The translations under genes and the position numbers were made by a program. Positions 49,026 to 59,850 of a DNA stretch of 64,000 nt are shown piece by piece. The stretch spans positions 21,762,001 through 21,826,000 of the forward strand of contig NC_086106.1 in the NCBI RefSeq assembly GCF_963921235.1, written 5' to 3'. The DNA is from Mobula hypostoma (lineage: Eukaryota). The stretch's first letter is position 1. Each line of letters starts with the position of its first letter. The notes under the pieces are model-generated. The model saw only the letters and a list, made by a program, of their open reading frames with translations, ran no database searches and had not been told where the DNA came from.

Positions 49026-49429
49026 CAACCTCCAGTTCTGCAGTCATGACTTGCCTTTGCCTGCATCTGGGACCCGAGCCTGCAGCAAGACACACGTTCT
49101 GTGTGCTTGTCCAGTCTCAAGCTCGGGGTTCATACCCAGGCTCCTAGTTCATACTTTTTTCGCCGAGTTTCCTGTGTAGTCCATGTCCTAGCCAAAGTCT
49201 GCGGTCCTGTCCCTGCTCCGTGTCTACATCCTGTCACGCCCCTACTCTAGTTAAGTCCTGTTTCTTGTGCTTCAGTCTTTGTGTGTTGAATTTGGGTCCG
49301 CTACCAGCGGTCTATTTGTGACAATAGATACATTACTTGAACCGAGGCAGGTTAAAGTGTATAAACACAGGATCGAAAGCAGTACATGGACCCATCTGTT
49401 AATATGAATACGATAGTCAGACATAAGTC

Positions 49430-50330
49430 GTACAGTCATGGAACTGTACAGCACAGAAACAGGCACTTTAGACCATCTGGTCAATTTTAAGCTTATTTAA
49501 ACGGCCTACTCCAGTTGAACTGCAACGGGACCATTGCCTCAATGCCACTCCCATACACGTACCTGTCCAAGCTATGATTAAACATTGAAATAGCGTCACA
49601 TGCACCAGCTGATCCACATTCCCTAGAACTTCGAAGGGAAGAAGATTCCCCTTATGTTCCATTTACACTTTTCGACATTTTCTTTAGTCCCACGTAAAGT
49701 AATTGGGAAAAAATACTGTTGCATTTACCCTTTGCACGCACCTCATAAATCTGTGTACCTCCATGGAATCTCCTGTGTTTTGTTTTTCTACGTTTCAACG
49801 AAAAAGAGTCCTGAAATACTTAATCATTCCTTATAACTGGGATCCTCCAGAAGCGGCATGACGTTATATATACATATATATATTTGTTTTTTTTTGTTTT
49901 GTTTTTAACTCTCTTTCAAATTTATGTACTCTTCTTTTTTTTTTCTTTTCCGGCAAATAAGTGAACAAAATTTCAGACAATAATCCAGATTAGGGCCCAC
50001 CAGTGTTTTATCGAACTTTCACATAACATCCTATCTGTTACACAGTATTTTAATTTATCAGGGCCAATGAACCAGAAGCTTTATTTGCGATCAAATCTAC
50101 CTTCGACGTCACTGTTTTTTTTTCATTTATTCTATCGTACTAATCGACACGCTGACATTTTTTTTCCAGCCAAGGACACAATTTTTTTTTTTTTTTTTGA
50201 AAATCAAATCTCTCTACACCTGGTATCTTTATATTCTGACATTATCATAGAAGCATCGATATCTCAATATTTCAGTTCTGAAGGCCTGCATTTGCAAGTA
50301 GACATTGGCCAGTAAATAATCTGTCCCAAT
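49430..50330 (-). mobile_element. Decayed CR1 3' end
   Basis: CR1-type 3'UTR (CAGCACAGAAACAGGC) and C-terminal remnants. Confidence 0.6.
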
Positions 50331-50784
50331 TCAAACGTGCTTGATCCTTTGAAATACCATCTCAGCTGGCCTTTCTCAAATTTAGAATCTCGATATGCGG
50401 CCCAGACATATATATATATATATATATTTTCCCGCTGCTGCCGTGCCTCAGAACGGAGCGATGTCCACGTAGAACAGAGAGAAGTAGGATTTTCTTCATC
50501 AAAGTGGAGGGGATTCTGTTGAATTCAGTGCTAAAAGATTGCTGCGGAAGCGAAGTGACACAATACATTTAAGTGGTGCTTGATGTGTTTTAGATTAGTT
50601 AGGGCGGCAAGTTTAAGGGAAAAAAAGACAGTGGTATGGGGTTTTAAGGGTTAATAAATCAGCTCTGATAGAATTGAAGGGAAGAATCGATGAGACGCAT
50701 GATCTTATTCTGCTCCAATGTTTTACAGTCATATGATTTAATTGCTGGAGCATTCGTAAGGGCCACAGAATTCCCAAGACCAAC

Positions 50785-51380
50785 ATCGTCCGCCAGAATA
50801 GGCAGGATCCTCCAGTGCCACACATTATAATTCTACGTCCCATTCCCATTAGGATATCACTGTCCTGGACCTCCTCTACTGTACAGATGATGCCACACTC
50901 AGGTTAGAGCAACAGCACCTTATATTCCGTCTGGGTAGCCTCCAACCTGATGGCATGAACACTGACTTCTCAAACTTCCACTAATGCCCCACCTCCCCCT
51001 CGTACCACATCCGTTATGTATTTATATACATACATTATTTTTCTCTCTCCCCTTTTTCTCCTTCTGCCCCCCTCACTTTACTCCTTGCCCATCCTCTGGT
51101 TCTTTCCACCCTCCCCCTTTTCTTTCTCCCAAGGCCTCCTGTCCATGATCCTATCATATCCCTTTTTTCAATCAACTGTCCAGCTCTTGGCTCCATCCTT
51201 CCTCCTCCTGTCTTCTCCTATCATTTTAGATCTCCTTCTTTCCCTCCTACTTTCAAATCTCTTACTAGCTCTTTTTTTCAGTTAGTCTTGACGAAGGGTC
51301 TCGGCCCGAAAAGTCGACGGTACCTCTTTCTAGAGATGCTGCCTGGCCTGCTGCGTTCACCAGCAACTTTTATGTGTGAT
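50785..51380 (+). mobile_element. Penelope-like element 3' end (GIY-YIG C-terminus, pyrimidine-rich UTR, hammerhead-bearing tail)
   Basis: DITVLDLLYCTDDATLRLEQQHLIFRLGSLQPDGMNTDFSNF resembles the vertebrate PLE endonuclease C-terminus. Confidence 0.82.
51284..51318 (+). ncRNA. Minimal hammerhead motif with two substitutions
   Basis: AGTC-TTGACGA-AGGGTCTCGGCCC-GAAAA-GTC-GAC; C3 to U and C15.2 to A relative to 15748-15783. Confidence 0.6.
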
Positions 51381-51399
51381 GCTTACTATGTCATTCTTT

Positions 51400-52360
51400 A
51401 GAATGTGAAATAAATCAACATTCCCGACGAAAACGAAGTGGCCACGTGGAGAACGTACAAGATCAGAACAGGCGACATCGAGAATGGACCCCCTAACGTA
51501 GAATTATCGCTTTAATGGGTTCTGCTAACTTGTGCGGTCCCATGTCATTGCAGCAGATTGAACGTTGTGTCACCTGATGTGCTATTATGCAATATCAGCA
51601 TAATAGGCCAGCTTTAATTGAAACTATACTAAGAAACACGAAATCGGCACGGAAGAGTGAGAAAAGAACTAGCATTATATCGCTCAGCTATTGTCCGGTT
51701 ATCATCATTTTGCCATGCAACTTTTGTCATGCGTATGGAATTCATTAATATATATATATATGAATATATACACCATTCCCGTCTACGTGCCTTTTCTATG
51801 CATATGTTGAGCATTTTCTTTTCACGAATTATGAACAAATGTCCGACACTACAGAATAGCTCAAGTCTGCGCTACACTGCAGAATTTGCACACTAAAAAT
51901 ACCACCTTGATTCAGTTGGTTGCAAGTGGTAGATTGCAATATTTGTAAATATTGATGTGAGTGCAGAAGCTAATTATAATCATTCAAATGCGAACTTTCT
52001 GGTTAGTTGTTGGAAAATTTTAGTCAGGTTATTAATGTGCTTATATCTGTGGTGATGACAGATGGACTCGAGCTAACGCTGATATAAATAATCTCAGAAA
52101 TGTAAGTCCCAGATTAAAATGCAGAGCGCCTAAACGGAACACATTTGTCCCCACCAACGCATAAAATATTTTCAGCAAGTGAGATGCAAATATTCAAAGG
52201 ATCCATCAGTAATGGTTAATCTATCAGGTATCCTTCTGTCAGCTGGAGGATGTTAAAACAGAGATATTATTCAGGATCATTCTGGGTCTTTTTTTTTCAT
52301 CGTAATCGCAGGGAATTGGAACATACCGATTACGGGTCCAGTGCAATTGCTGTAATCTAT
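51400..52360 (+). repeat. Old duplicated non-coding module, copy 1
   Basis: Colinear blocks shared with 57630-59270, e.g. TATCCTTCTGTCAGCTG (52229-52245), CCCCACCAACGCA, ATGCAAAT (52184-52191). Confidence 0.75.
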
Positions 52361-52847
52361 GTGCAGTTATCGCCCTAATTGTTCTTTCTTTTTTTTTTAC
52401 TCAGAACTAATTTTATACAGAGATACTGAACAAAAAAAGTCAATGAAATATTCATAATAATCATCATCAGCATAAAAAAAATAAATCGTGTTCTGAATGG
52501 TTGATCTGCGCAGTGTCTGTTGGAGTTGTAGTCGTCAATCTTTAATGTATTTCCCACGATCAAAAGATGTTCCTAGGCAGAAACCGAAGGAGCTGGAATT
52601 GGTATTGATCGTGCTAAAGCTCAGTGTGAAGGCCTCTACCACAACGCCAAACAGTGCATTACGGGCAATGTACTCACGAAGCTATATGTAATTAAACATA
52701 AAAAATTACTCAGTCTCACATTAAATGCATGCCCTCTGATATTAGATATATAAAAAAACACTACGAAACAAACAAACAAACAAAAAACAAACAAAATGAC
52801 AACAACTGAGGATAAGGTGCTATGCGCCGATATTTTTCCAAACATCT

Positions 52848-53547
52848 TGCAGCCCCCCTAGCCAGCCTCAGGGTCGCTCGGCTCGCTGTCGTTTAGGGAG
52901 TCAGTCCTCGGCCCTGCCAAACAGGGTAATCAGTTTGTGTGGATGCTGTGTGATATACCACACTCCACCCAAATAACAAACAATGCAACAGATACGATTA
53001 AATAATTTAGAGTTTATAGATTACTGCAACTGTATAAATAATAGAGAAAAAAATATATAACAAGGGAAAATAAAAGGCTCCACACTTATCAAAGTTCAAT
53101 ATCTTCGTGCCAAACAGCTGGAGCTCAGGATCCTTCTTGTTCACACTGCCACCCCTCGGACCACCTCGACCGGCTCTGGGACTAACAACGGTGGTCGACC
53201 AGACGCTTCACACGAGTCGGTCTCCGTCTCCTCCCTTCGCCGAACGCCCCGCTCGGGGTCGGACCTTGTTAGCGGACATCACAGCACCTGGTCCATCTTC
53301 TGACTCTTTCTCTCGCCTTCTGTCCTAAAACCCCGCTATACAATATCTTACAGGCACACCAAAAGCATAACAACTATCCCAATTGGTTCCTAACATGTTC
53401 TTATCCGTAACGTGATCCAAACAACTGCTAGCGGGAGGACTTTCTCAGCAGTTAACATAACAAAAAAGCCCTTTCAATTATAACATAACAAAGAAGCCAT
53501 TTTAATTAGACTACGCAGTGACATAAAAAAAAAATAAACCGCTTGCA
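52848..53547 (-). repeat. 3' LTR
   Basis: Plus strand TGCAGCC..GCTTGCA; colinear with 56335-57034, roughly 80-85 percent identical by eye. Confidence 0.92.
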
Positions 53548-53560
53548 CTCTCTCCCCACC
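53548..53560 (-). other. Polypurine tract GGTGGGGAGAGAG
   Basis: Abuts the 3' LTR on the minus strand. Confidence 0.85.
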
Positions 53561-56313
53561 AAATAATGTCATTTCCTCATGACTTCTCAATAACTCGCCA
53601 ACCAGTCCTACAGACACAGAAACCACATCCAGGTACACACAGTGACATGCTCCCCAAACAGTGGACCTTCCGCCCGTCATGGGTGCTACAAAGGCCAACC
53701 TATCTGTGAGCTTCCTAATCCTCCGCAACCCCGTACCCCCTCACCTAAACTCTAAAGGCTCAGACACTACTAGGAATACCTCGGGCCTGATTGACAACTC
53801 CACTCTCAGTCAGGCCACCATTACAACTTGCAGCCCCCTGTCCCGTGCCCGGCGCCCCACTTCTTTTCCTTCCTGGTCCTGCCGTAACTCAGACTTCCCA
53901 CATCTAGCACTCCCCACTACACCTGACTCAGTGAGAAAAGGGCCGAAGGTCTCTTCCTGAATCACGGGGAATTTAGCGAAAGGCAGCATGTAGCACATGT
54001 CCAGCATGACATCCTTCGAATTCGAGTTCTTCCTTATTCCCTCGATCAGTAGCTGCTGTTTGAGTTTATCCACCTTGAAACATTTAGCCGGGGCTACCCC
54101 TTCAGCCTCCTGTAGTCGAGACGTCAGCTTCTTCGGGGATTCTTTCAACACTCTCCACAATCTCAGCAGTTCTTCCTCACGGTTCTCGGTCATCTCAATC
54201 TGGGATGCAGTTTCCACACCAACTTCTTCCTCCCTGACCTGAAAAGCAGCAGTTAAAGTATACTCACCCTCCAGTTTTTTTTTTTTTTTTCTTTTTCTTC
54301 TTCTTGCTGATGACGTCTTCCAGGTCAACTTTCAGTTTTTCCACTTCATTTAAACTGTCGATAGTGATATTCAGGATGCTTTCAGGCATCCGCTTCCCTT
54401 TTCCGAGATCTGTCCTCCATTTCTTCAGCTCCTCAGGAGTGTCGTCAAACTCCCGTCCCTGGGCTTTCGGTTTTCTGTTGACCTTAGTCAGAAACTTCCT
54501 TGATCTTCCCCAAATTGTAATTCTTCCAATCTTTTTCTGGATCAACGTCTTGAGTTTCTGCTAATCCCTTCGAGGGTAGGTCATTGTTCCTCCTCGCTGG
54601 ATTAATTCATCAGTACATGAGCGCATTGTCGGCTCGGACTTCCGTTGCTCCTTCTCCACGTTGACGAGCGTGAATTCCAAGTCTGCAATGCTCTTCCCAC
54701 AAGTGTGGCACACAGTCTCCGGCCGACATTTCTGAACACTATGTTCAGCGGTGCAAATCCCCTCTCTCCCCTCTGTCTCATTCAGATTGACGGCCTGGAT
54801 TTCCAGCCCCAGGTCCACAACCGTCTGTTCCAACACCAGGAAGTTCAACTGGTAAGTCGGCTCATTTTTCTCATATCGCACCAAACTCCTCTGGCCAAAA
54901 CTCCTCCACATTTGACAGTTCGCTTCTGTCGCCCGGGCTCAGCCACTCACCTCACCTCATTATCCCCCCAGGCGAATCCAATTTCTAGGCGGTCATCACA
55001 TACGCCAAAACTCCACGCAGCTTCGCTTCCCACGTGGTCTTTTTCATGCCCCGCGGGAAGGATGCAGGGGTTCCGGTATGCCCTTGGACATCTTTTTGGA
55101 TCCGAAGAATCGTAGGGAACTAATGACGGCCCTCTTCGGCTCGACAGCCGCACTCGTCGGGATCTGGCAACAACCACTCCTCAGATCCAGCACATTAAAC
55201 CACGGTGCCAGGGTCAAATGCCGCGACGTACTCTCATTGAGGTGTCTTCAGCGGTCAACACCCCTCCTTCGTGGTAGATCGGAGCGTCTACTAAGAGGGT
55301 CTCACCCTCAGCTACTTTCCCCCAGGCTGTACCACAGCTGGGTCTCGTTTAAAGTACCAGCTCAAGGCTGCTACACACGTCCTCAGAAGCAACTCGACAC
55401 GCTGGGTGCCCAGATAATGCCCCCGTGAACTCCAGGGTCATTAACCAATCATCGTCTTCTGGATAGTTACTGGCACTAGTACCCAAAATCTCCGGTGCCC
55501 TTGCAGTTGTCAAGGGTAAATGCTTCAGACACCGGTTGTAAAACGAACTTGACAACAACTTGACCTGCGCCCTGGGTTCGAGGATTACTGTAGCATCGCT
55601 TCCCTCTGTCCGTAACGACACCGTGGGGCGTGGTCCCTCTAAGCCTTCAGGAATAGTGTCTTTCCTTTCGGAAGTTCATTGATACATTGCTGGGAACGTG
55701 CTTTCCCAGAGTCCACAAGCCGTACCCCCACTGGGCCACGACTGAGTTTCCCGACACCTCTCTGATCTGCTGAGCAACTGAAGGAGAGGCTGATCGCCTG
55801 AAATGAACCTCCTGAAACTGCAAGCAATTTACCCGTCCTCTTAGCCAGAGAAGACACACTGAAAACTTTCCCCCCTCTTTCAAATAACTGACAGCTGTCA
55901 CTACGGTGTAAGTGAACCTGCCTGCTCTAACACCGTCACCAGCCCGCCTACTTAAACATTCAACAAATCTCTGTCGTTGTCTCTCTACCGAGTCATCTAA
56001 CAACTGAGAGATTCTCTCCACCCACGTCTCTCACGCCTCCGCCCCTCTTGGGGTGGACATTACACCAAACGCCAGGCAGAGCTTGCCAGAGCTAGAACAT
56101 TTATTCGCAGACACTATCTCCAAATCAGAGAACTACTTCCTCTCTCACCCAACAGCATTGACAGCCCCGAGTTCCACCTCCAACTCATCAATGCTAGTCT
56201 GAACTCGAACAAAGACATCAACCACCACGCAAGCAGCAATAACCAGCAAATAACCCATAGAACAGACATTAATGATTTAAACAGGGCAACCACACATCAT
56301 ACCAGTAGATCCA

Positions 56314-56331
56314 ATCCCGGACGAGCCCCCA
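56314..56331 (-). other. Primer binding site for tRNA-Pro
   Basis: Plus strand ATCCCGGACGAGCCCCCA equals the 3' 18 nt of vertebrate tRNA-Pro including CCA; 3 nt from the 5' LTR. Confidence 0.92.
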
Positions 56332-56334
56332 CAA

Positions 56335-57034
56335 TGTAGCCCCCTGGCCAGCCTCAGGGTCGCACGGATCGCTGTCGTCTGGGGAAACAGCCCTCGGCCC
56401 CGCCAAACTGGGACATTAGTTTGTGTGGATGTAGTGTGATGTACCCTACCCCGCCCAAATAACAAACAATACACCAGATACGATTAAATGATTTACAGTT
56501 TGTATATATTTCTGGAACTATATAATCACTAGAGAATAAAATATAACAAGAACATAAAAGGCGTCACTCTTATCAAACTTCAATCTCTTCATGCACATGC
56601 AGTTGGAGCTCAGGAGCCTTCTTCTTCACACTGCAACCCCTCGAACTACCTCGACCGGCCGACTGGGACCAACAATTGTGGTCGACCAGACGCTCCACAC
56701 GAGTCCGGCTCCGTCTCCTCTCCTCTCCAAACGCCCCGCTCGGGGTCCGACCCAGTAAGCGGGCATCACAGCACCCGGTCCATTCTCTGTCTCTCTCTCT
56801 CTCGCCTTCTGCCTCAAAACCCCGCTCATACAATATCTTACCTGCACACCAAAAGCATTTCAACTATCCCAATTGGTTCAGGACATCTTCTTATCAGTAA
56901 CGTGATCCAAACAAACTGCTTAGCGGGAAGACTTTCTCAGCAGTTAACATAAGAAATAAGGCCATTCAATTGTAACATAACGAATAAGCCATTTTAATTA
57001 GACTGCACAGAGATATTATTAAAAAAAACTTACA
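56335..57034 (-). repeat. 5' LTR
   Basis: Plus strand TGTAGCC..ACTTACA. Confidence 0.92.
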
Positions 57035-57629
57035 TTCTCATAATTTCATAAATTTCTGCACATCTCCCCGCGTCATCTGTCAGTCCAGAGAGAATAACCG
57101 GAACGTATGGAAACTCTTGTTGTATCATTTGCCTTCAAATCCAGGCAGCTTCCTTGCGAAACCTTCTGCACCACCCTAAATCAGCGACGTATTTACCATA
57201 TTGCGGTGACCAGAAATTTTACAACATTCCAACTGCTCGTAATCAGAGATGAGTAAGCTAGCAAAATGGTTTCCTGACTTTAGAATGTCATGCAACGATT
57301 AATAACTGCAAGCGTGCCAGGTGTCTTCTTAACCACACTATCAACCTATGTAGCTACTTCCAGGTAGCTATAACCCTGCACTGCAAGATCCTTCTGCTCA
57401 GTAGCACTATTCAATGTATCGAATTTAACAGTGTATTGTATCTTTAAGTTTGCCTTACCAAGCTGAATCAGTACACCGTTGGCAGAGAGAAATACAATCG
57501 TCATTTTACCGCCCATATCTGCAAGAGTTTCCACTAAGTTTTCGGCGAGTCGTCTACGCTCTCCACAACATCACCAAGTCTCGCCAAATTTCGAGCGCCA
57601 ACGTAGTATGTTTATGCTGTACGTCTCTG

Positions 57630-59270
57630 TGATATGAAATAAATAGATTTCACTAGAAAAATGCTACGTTGTCACGGAATGAAGGTTGAAAGTCATCAAA
57701 TGTTTCAGCAGAAATGTGTCACCTAACTTAGGTCTTGCGATGCAATGAGTTGTGCTATCTTGTGCGTTTCCATGTTATTGCAGCATATTGAACGTTGCAC
57801 AGCCTGGTGCGCTGGTATGCCATATTAGCAGGTGACGACAGGCTTAACTTAAATGATAACTGGAAACGAAATGTGTACGTAAATTAAGAAGCAAAAATAT
57901 ATCGTTCAAATATTTATATTGTGCCAGGTTATGGCCTTGATTGACACCCTATATTTCCTCATCTGTCTCCTCCTGCTTACGACCGTTCGCTGCATACACG
58001 CTGAGTGTTTGCTGTTTTCAAATTACGAAAATGTTTCAGGCACTGCATGATAGCTCAAGATTGCGCTGGTCTGAGGAATTAGCAGAACTGAAATGGTATC
58101 TGGCATCCAGTCAGTTGCAAGTGATAGATTGTATAACCATATAACCATATAGCAATTATATTCCGGAAACAGGCCATCTCGGCCCTTCTAGTCCTTGCCG
58201 AACTCTTACTCTCACCTAGTCCCACCGACCTGCCCTCTACCCATAAGCCTCCATTCCTTTCCTGTCCATATAGCTATCCAATTTAACTTTAAACGACAGC
58301 ATCCAACCTGCCTCAACCACTTTGGTGGAAGCTCGTTCCACACAGCTACTACTCTCTGAGTAAAGAAGTCCCCCCTCACGTTACCCTTAAACTTTTGCCC
58401 TTTAACTCTCATCTCATGTCCTCTTGTTTGAATCTCCCACATTCTCAATGGAAAAAAAAAAGCCTATCCACGTCAACTCTATCAAAACCCCTCATAATTT
58501 TTAACACCTCCATCAAATCCCCCCTCAACCTTCTACGTTCCAAATAATAAAGAGGCATCTTGTTCAACCTTACTCTTAACTTAGGCCATTAAACCCAAGT
58601 AACATTCCAGTAAAGCTTCTCTGTACTCTCTCTAATTTTTTGACATCTTTCCTATAATCCGTTGACCAAAACTGAACAAATTTGGCCTCACCAATGCCTT
58701 GTAAAATTTCAACATCACATCCCAAATCTTATACTCAATGCTTTGATCTATAAAGCCCAGCATACCAACAGCTTATTTCACCACCCTGTACACATGAGAG
58801 TCCACCTTTAGAATTCCCCATTGTGATGGTTGCCAAGACTCATGCTGATCCCCGTGAAATCTCACTGCATGATGCATAAGTATTCTCTAAAAAAAAAACA
58901 CAAACGAACACGTAAATTAATGCTCTGCTGTGGGTAAATATTATCAGCTTATTTAATGTTCTATAATCAATATTGATCGCAGATGTACTCGCGGTTGGCG
59001 CTGATATAAATACTCTCAGAAATACAAGTCGCAGGTTAGAATGTGGAGGAACAGAAATGGAACAAAATTTTCCCCACCAACGCAGAGCTTATTTAGAGGG
59101 AGAAATATGCAAATAATCAAAAGATGTTGCAGTAATAAATCAACTTTTAAATATCCTTCTGTCAGCTGCAGTGTATTGAAATAGGCATTAATCAATATCG
59201 TTCAAGATATTTTTTTCCCATACCCTCAGGGAAACATAACATACCGAGCGCAGATCGAATGAGATTTAAT
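57630..59270 (+). repeat. Old duplicated non-coding module, copy 2 (contains a CR1 insertion)
   Basis: ATGCAAAT 59107-59114; TATCCTTCTGTCAGCTG 59152-59168; CATGTTATTGCAGCATATTGAACGTTG matches 51541 block. Confidence 0.75.
58125..58810 (-). mobile_element. CR1 3' end, relatively young
   Basis: ORF 58212..58448: TRGHEMRVKGQKFKGNVRGDFFTQRVVAVWNELP; (ATAACCAT)2 tail. Confidence 0.88.
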
Positions 59271-59329
59271 GATTTACTTGATCTCTTCATACACGTCCTC
59301 TTATTGGCCTAGAAGTTCTTTCTCCCATA

Positions 59330-59850
59330 TATGGTTTTATGCACTAGTATCCTTCTGTTAATCTGTACTCTTCAGGGTAGCGAACTCAATAGTGTGTTTT
59401 AGCTTTACGGTTAACTTATCAACCGGCAGTACTACACAATTGACAGGGCTGAATGTGATTTTCATTTTACCAACCATATCTGCAACAGTTTCATTTTCCA
59501 CAGAGTTTTTGATGAATTCTCTACGCTATTCACAACACCATAAAACTTTATATCGTCACAAAGCATGCTAACCACCCATTAATATGTTAATTTTATCATG
59601 TATCTTTATCACAATTAACAGAGATCCCAGCATTTCTCCCTGCGAAACAATATTAAAAAGAGAACTCCTGTTAAAATAAGGCCCTTCGATGTCATTCTCT
59701 CTTTCCTGGACAAGCCAGTTATGGATGCAAAATGGGGATTTGAACATTCAACTTATGCATCTTAATTTTTTGATGAGGTCCCTTAATGATCCTGACGAAT
59801 GTTTGACTAAAATTCATCTAGACAATATTCACAACTCTATCTTGCTCAAT
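59330..59850 (-). mobile_element. Decayed CR1 RT fragment
   Basis: Similar to 57330-57600; GEMLGSLL-type DNA at ~59620. Confidence 0.55.

Larger units (their letters stand above)
42049..49323 (+). mobile_element. Solo-LTR-like element copy D, split by an L1 insertion
   Basis: TGTCATAGTCCGGTCCGTGAAG start, TTTGTGACA end; flanks ATAGG/ATAGA (4/5 TSD); about 1.45 kb without the L1. Confidence 0.82.
52848..57034 (-). mobile_element. Internally deleted Ty3/Gypsy LTR retrotransposon (4187 bp)
   Basis: Two 700-bp LTRs, PBS, PPT, flanks ATCT/TTCT (3/4 TSD); PNMA-type gag remnant (55647..56021), protease (ILEPRAQV, cf. ILDTGSQV; 55349..55621), RT remnants (RMPESI, KVDLEDVI), pol C-terminal tail. Confidence 0.9.
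52600..57600 (-). mobile_element. Decayed CR1 3' part interrupted by the Gypsy element
   Basis: CR1-like text at 52690-52847 continues at 57035-57600. Confidence 0.6.

Noticed and set aside
52184-52360. Ig V-gene-like layout: octamer, ATG, GT at 52228, 84-nt intron, AG at 52311
   Set aside because: ATG is only ~20 nt from the octamer and the leader is 5 codons; the downstream frame stops quickly with no Ig Cys/Trp motifs; copy 2 lacks the GT; no RSS found
54561-54911. CHTCGK as a second gag zinc knuckle downstream of the protease
   Set aside because: Position between protease and RT is wrong for gag and the His/Cys spacing is incomplete; probably an off-frame reading of decayed pol
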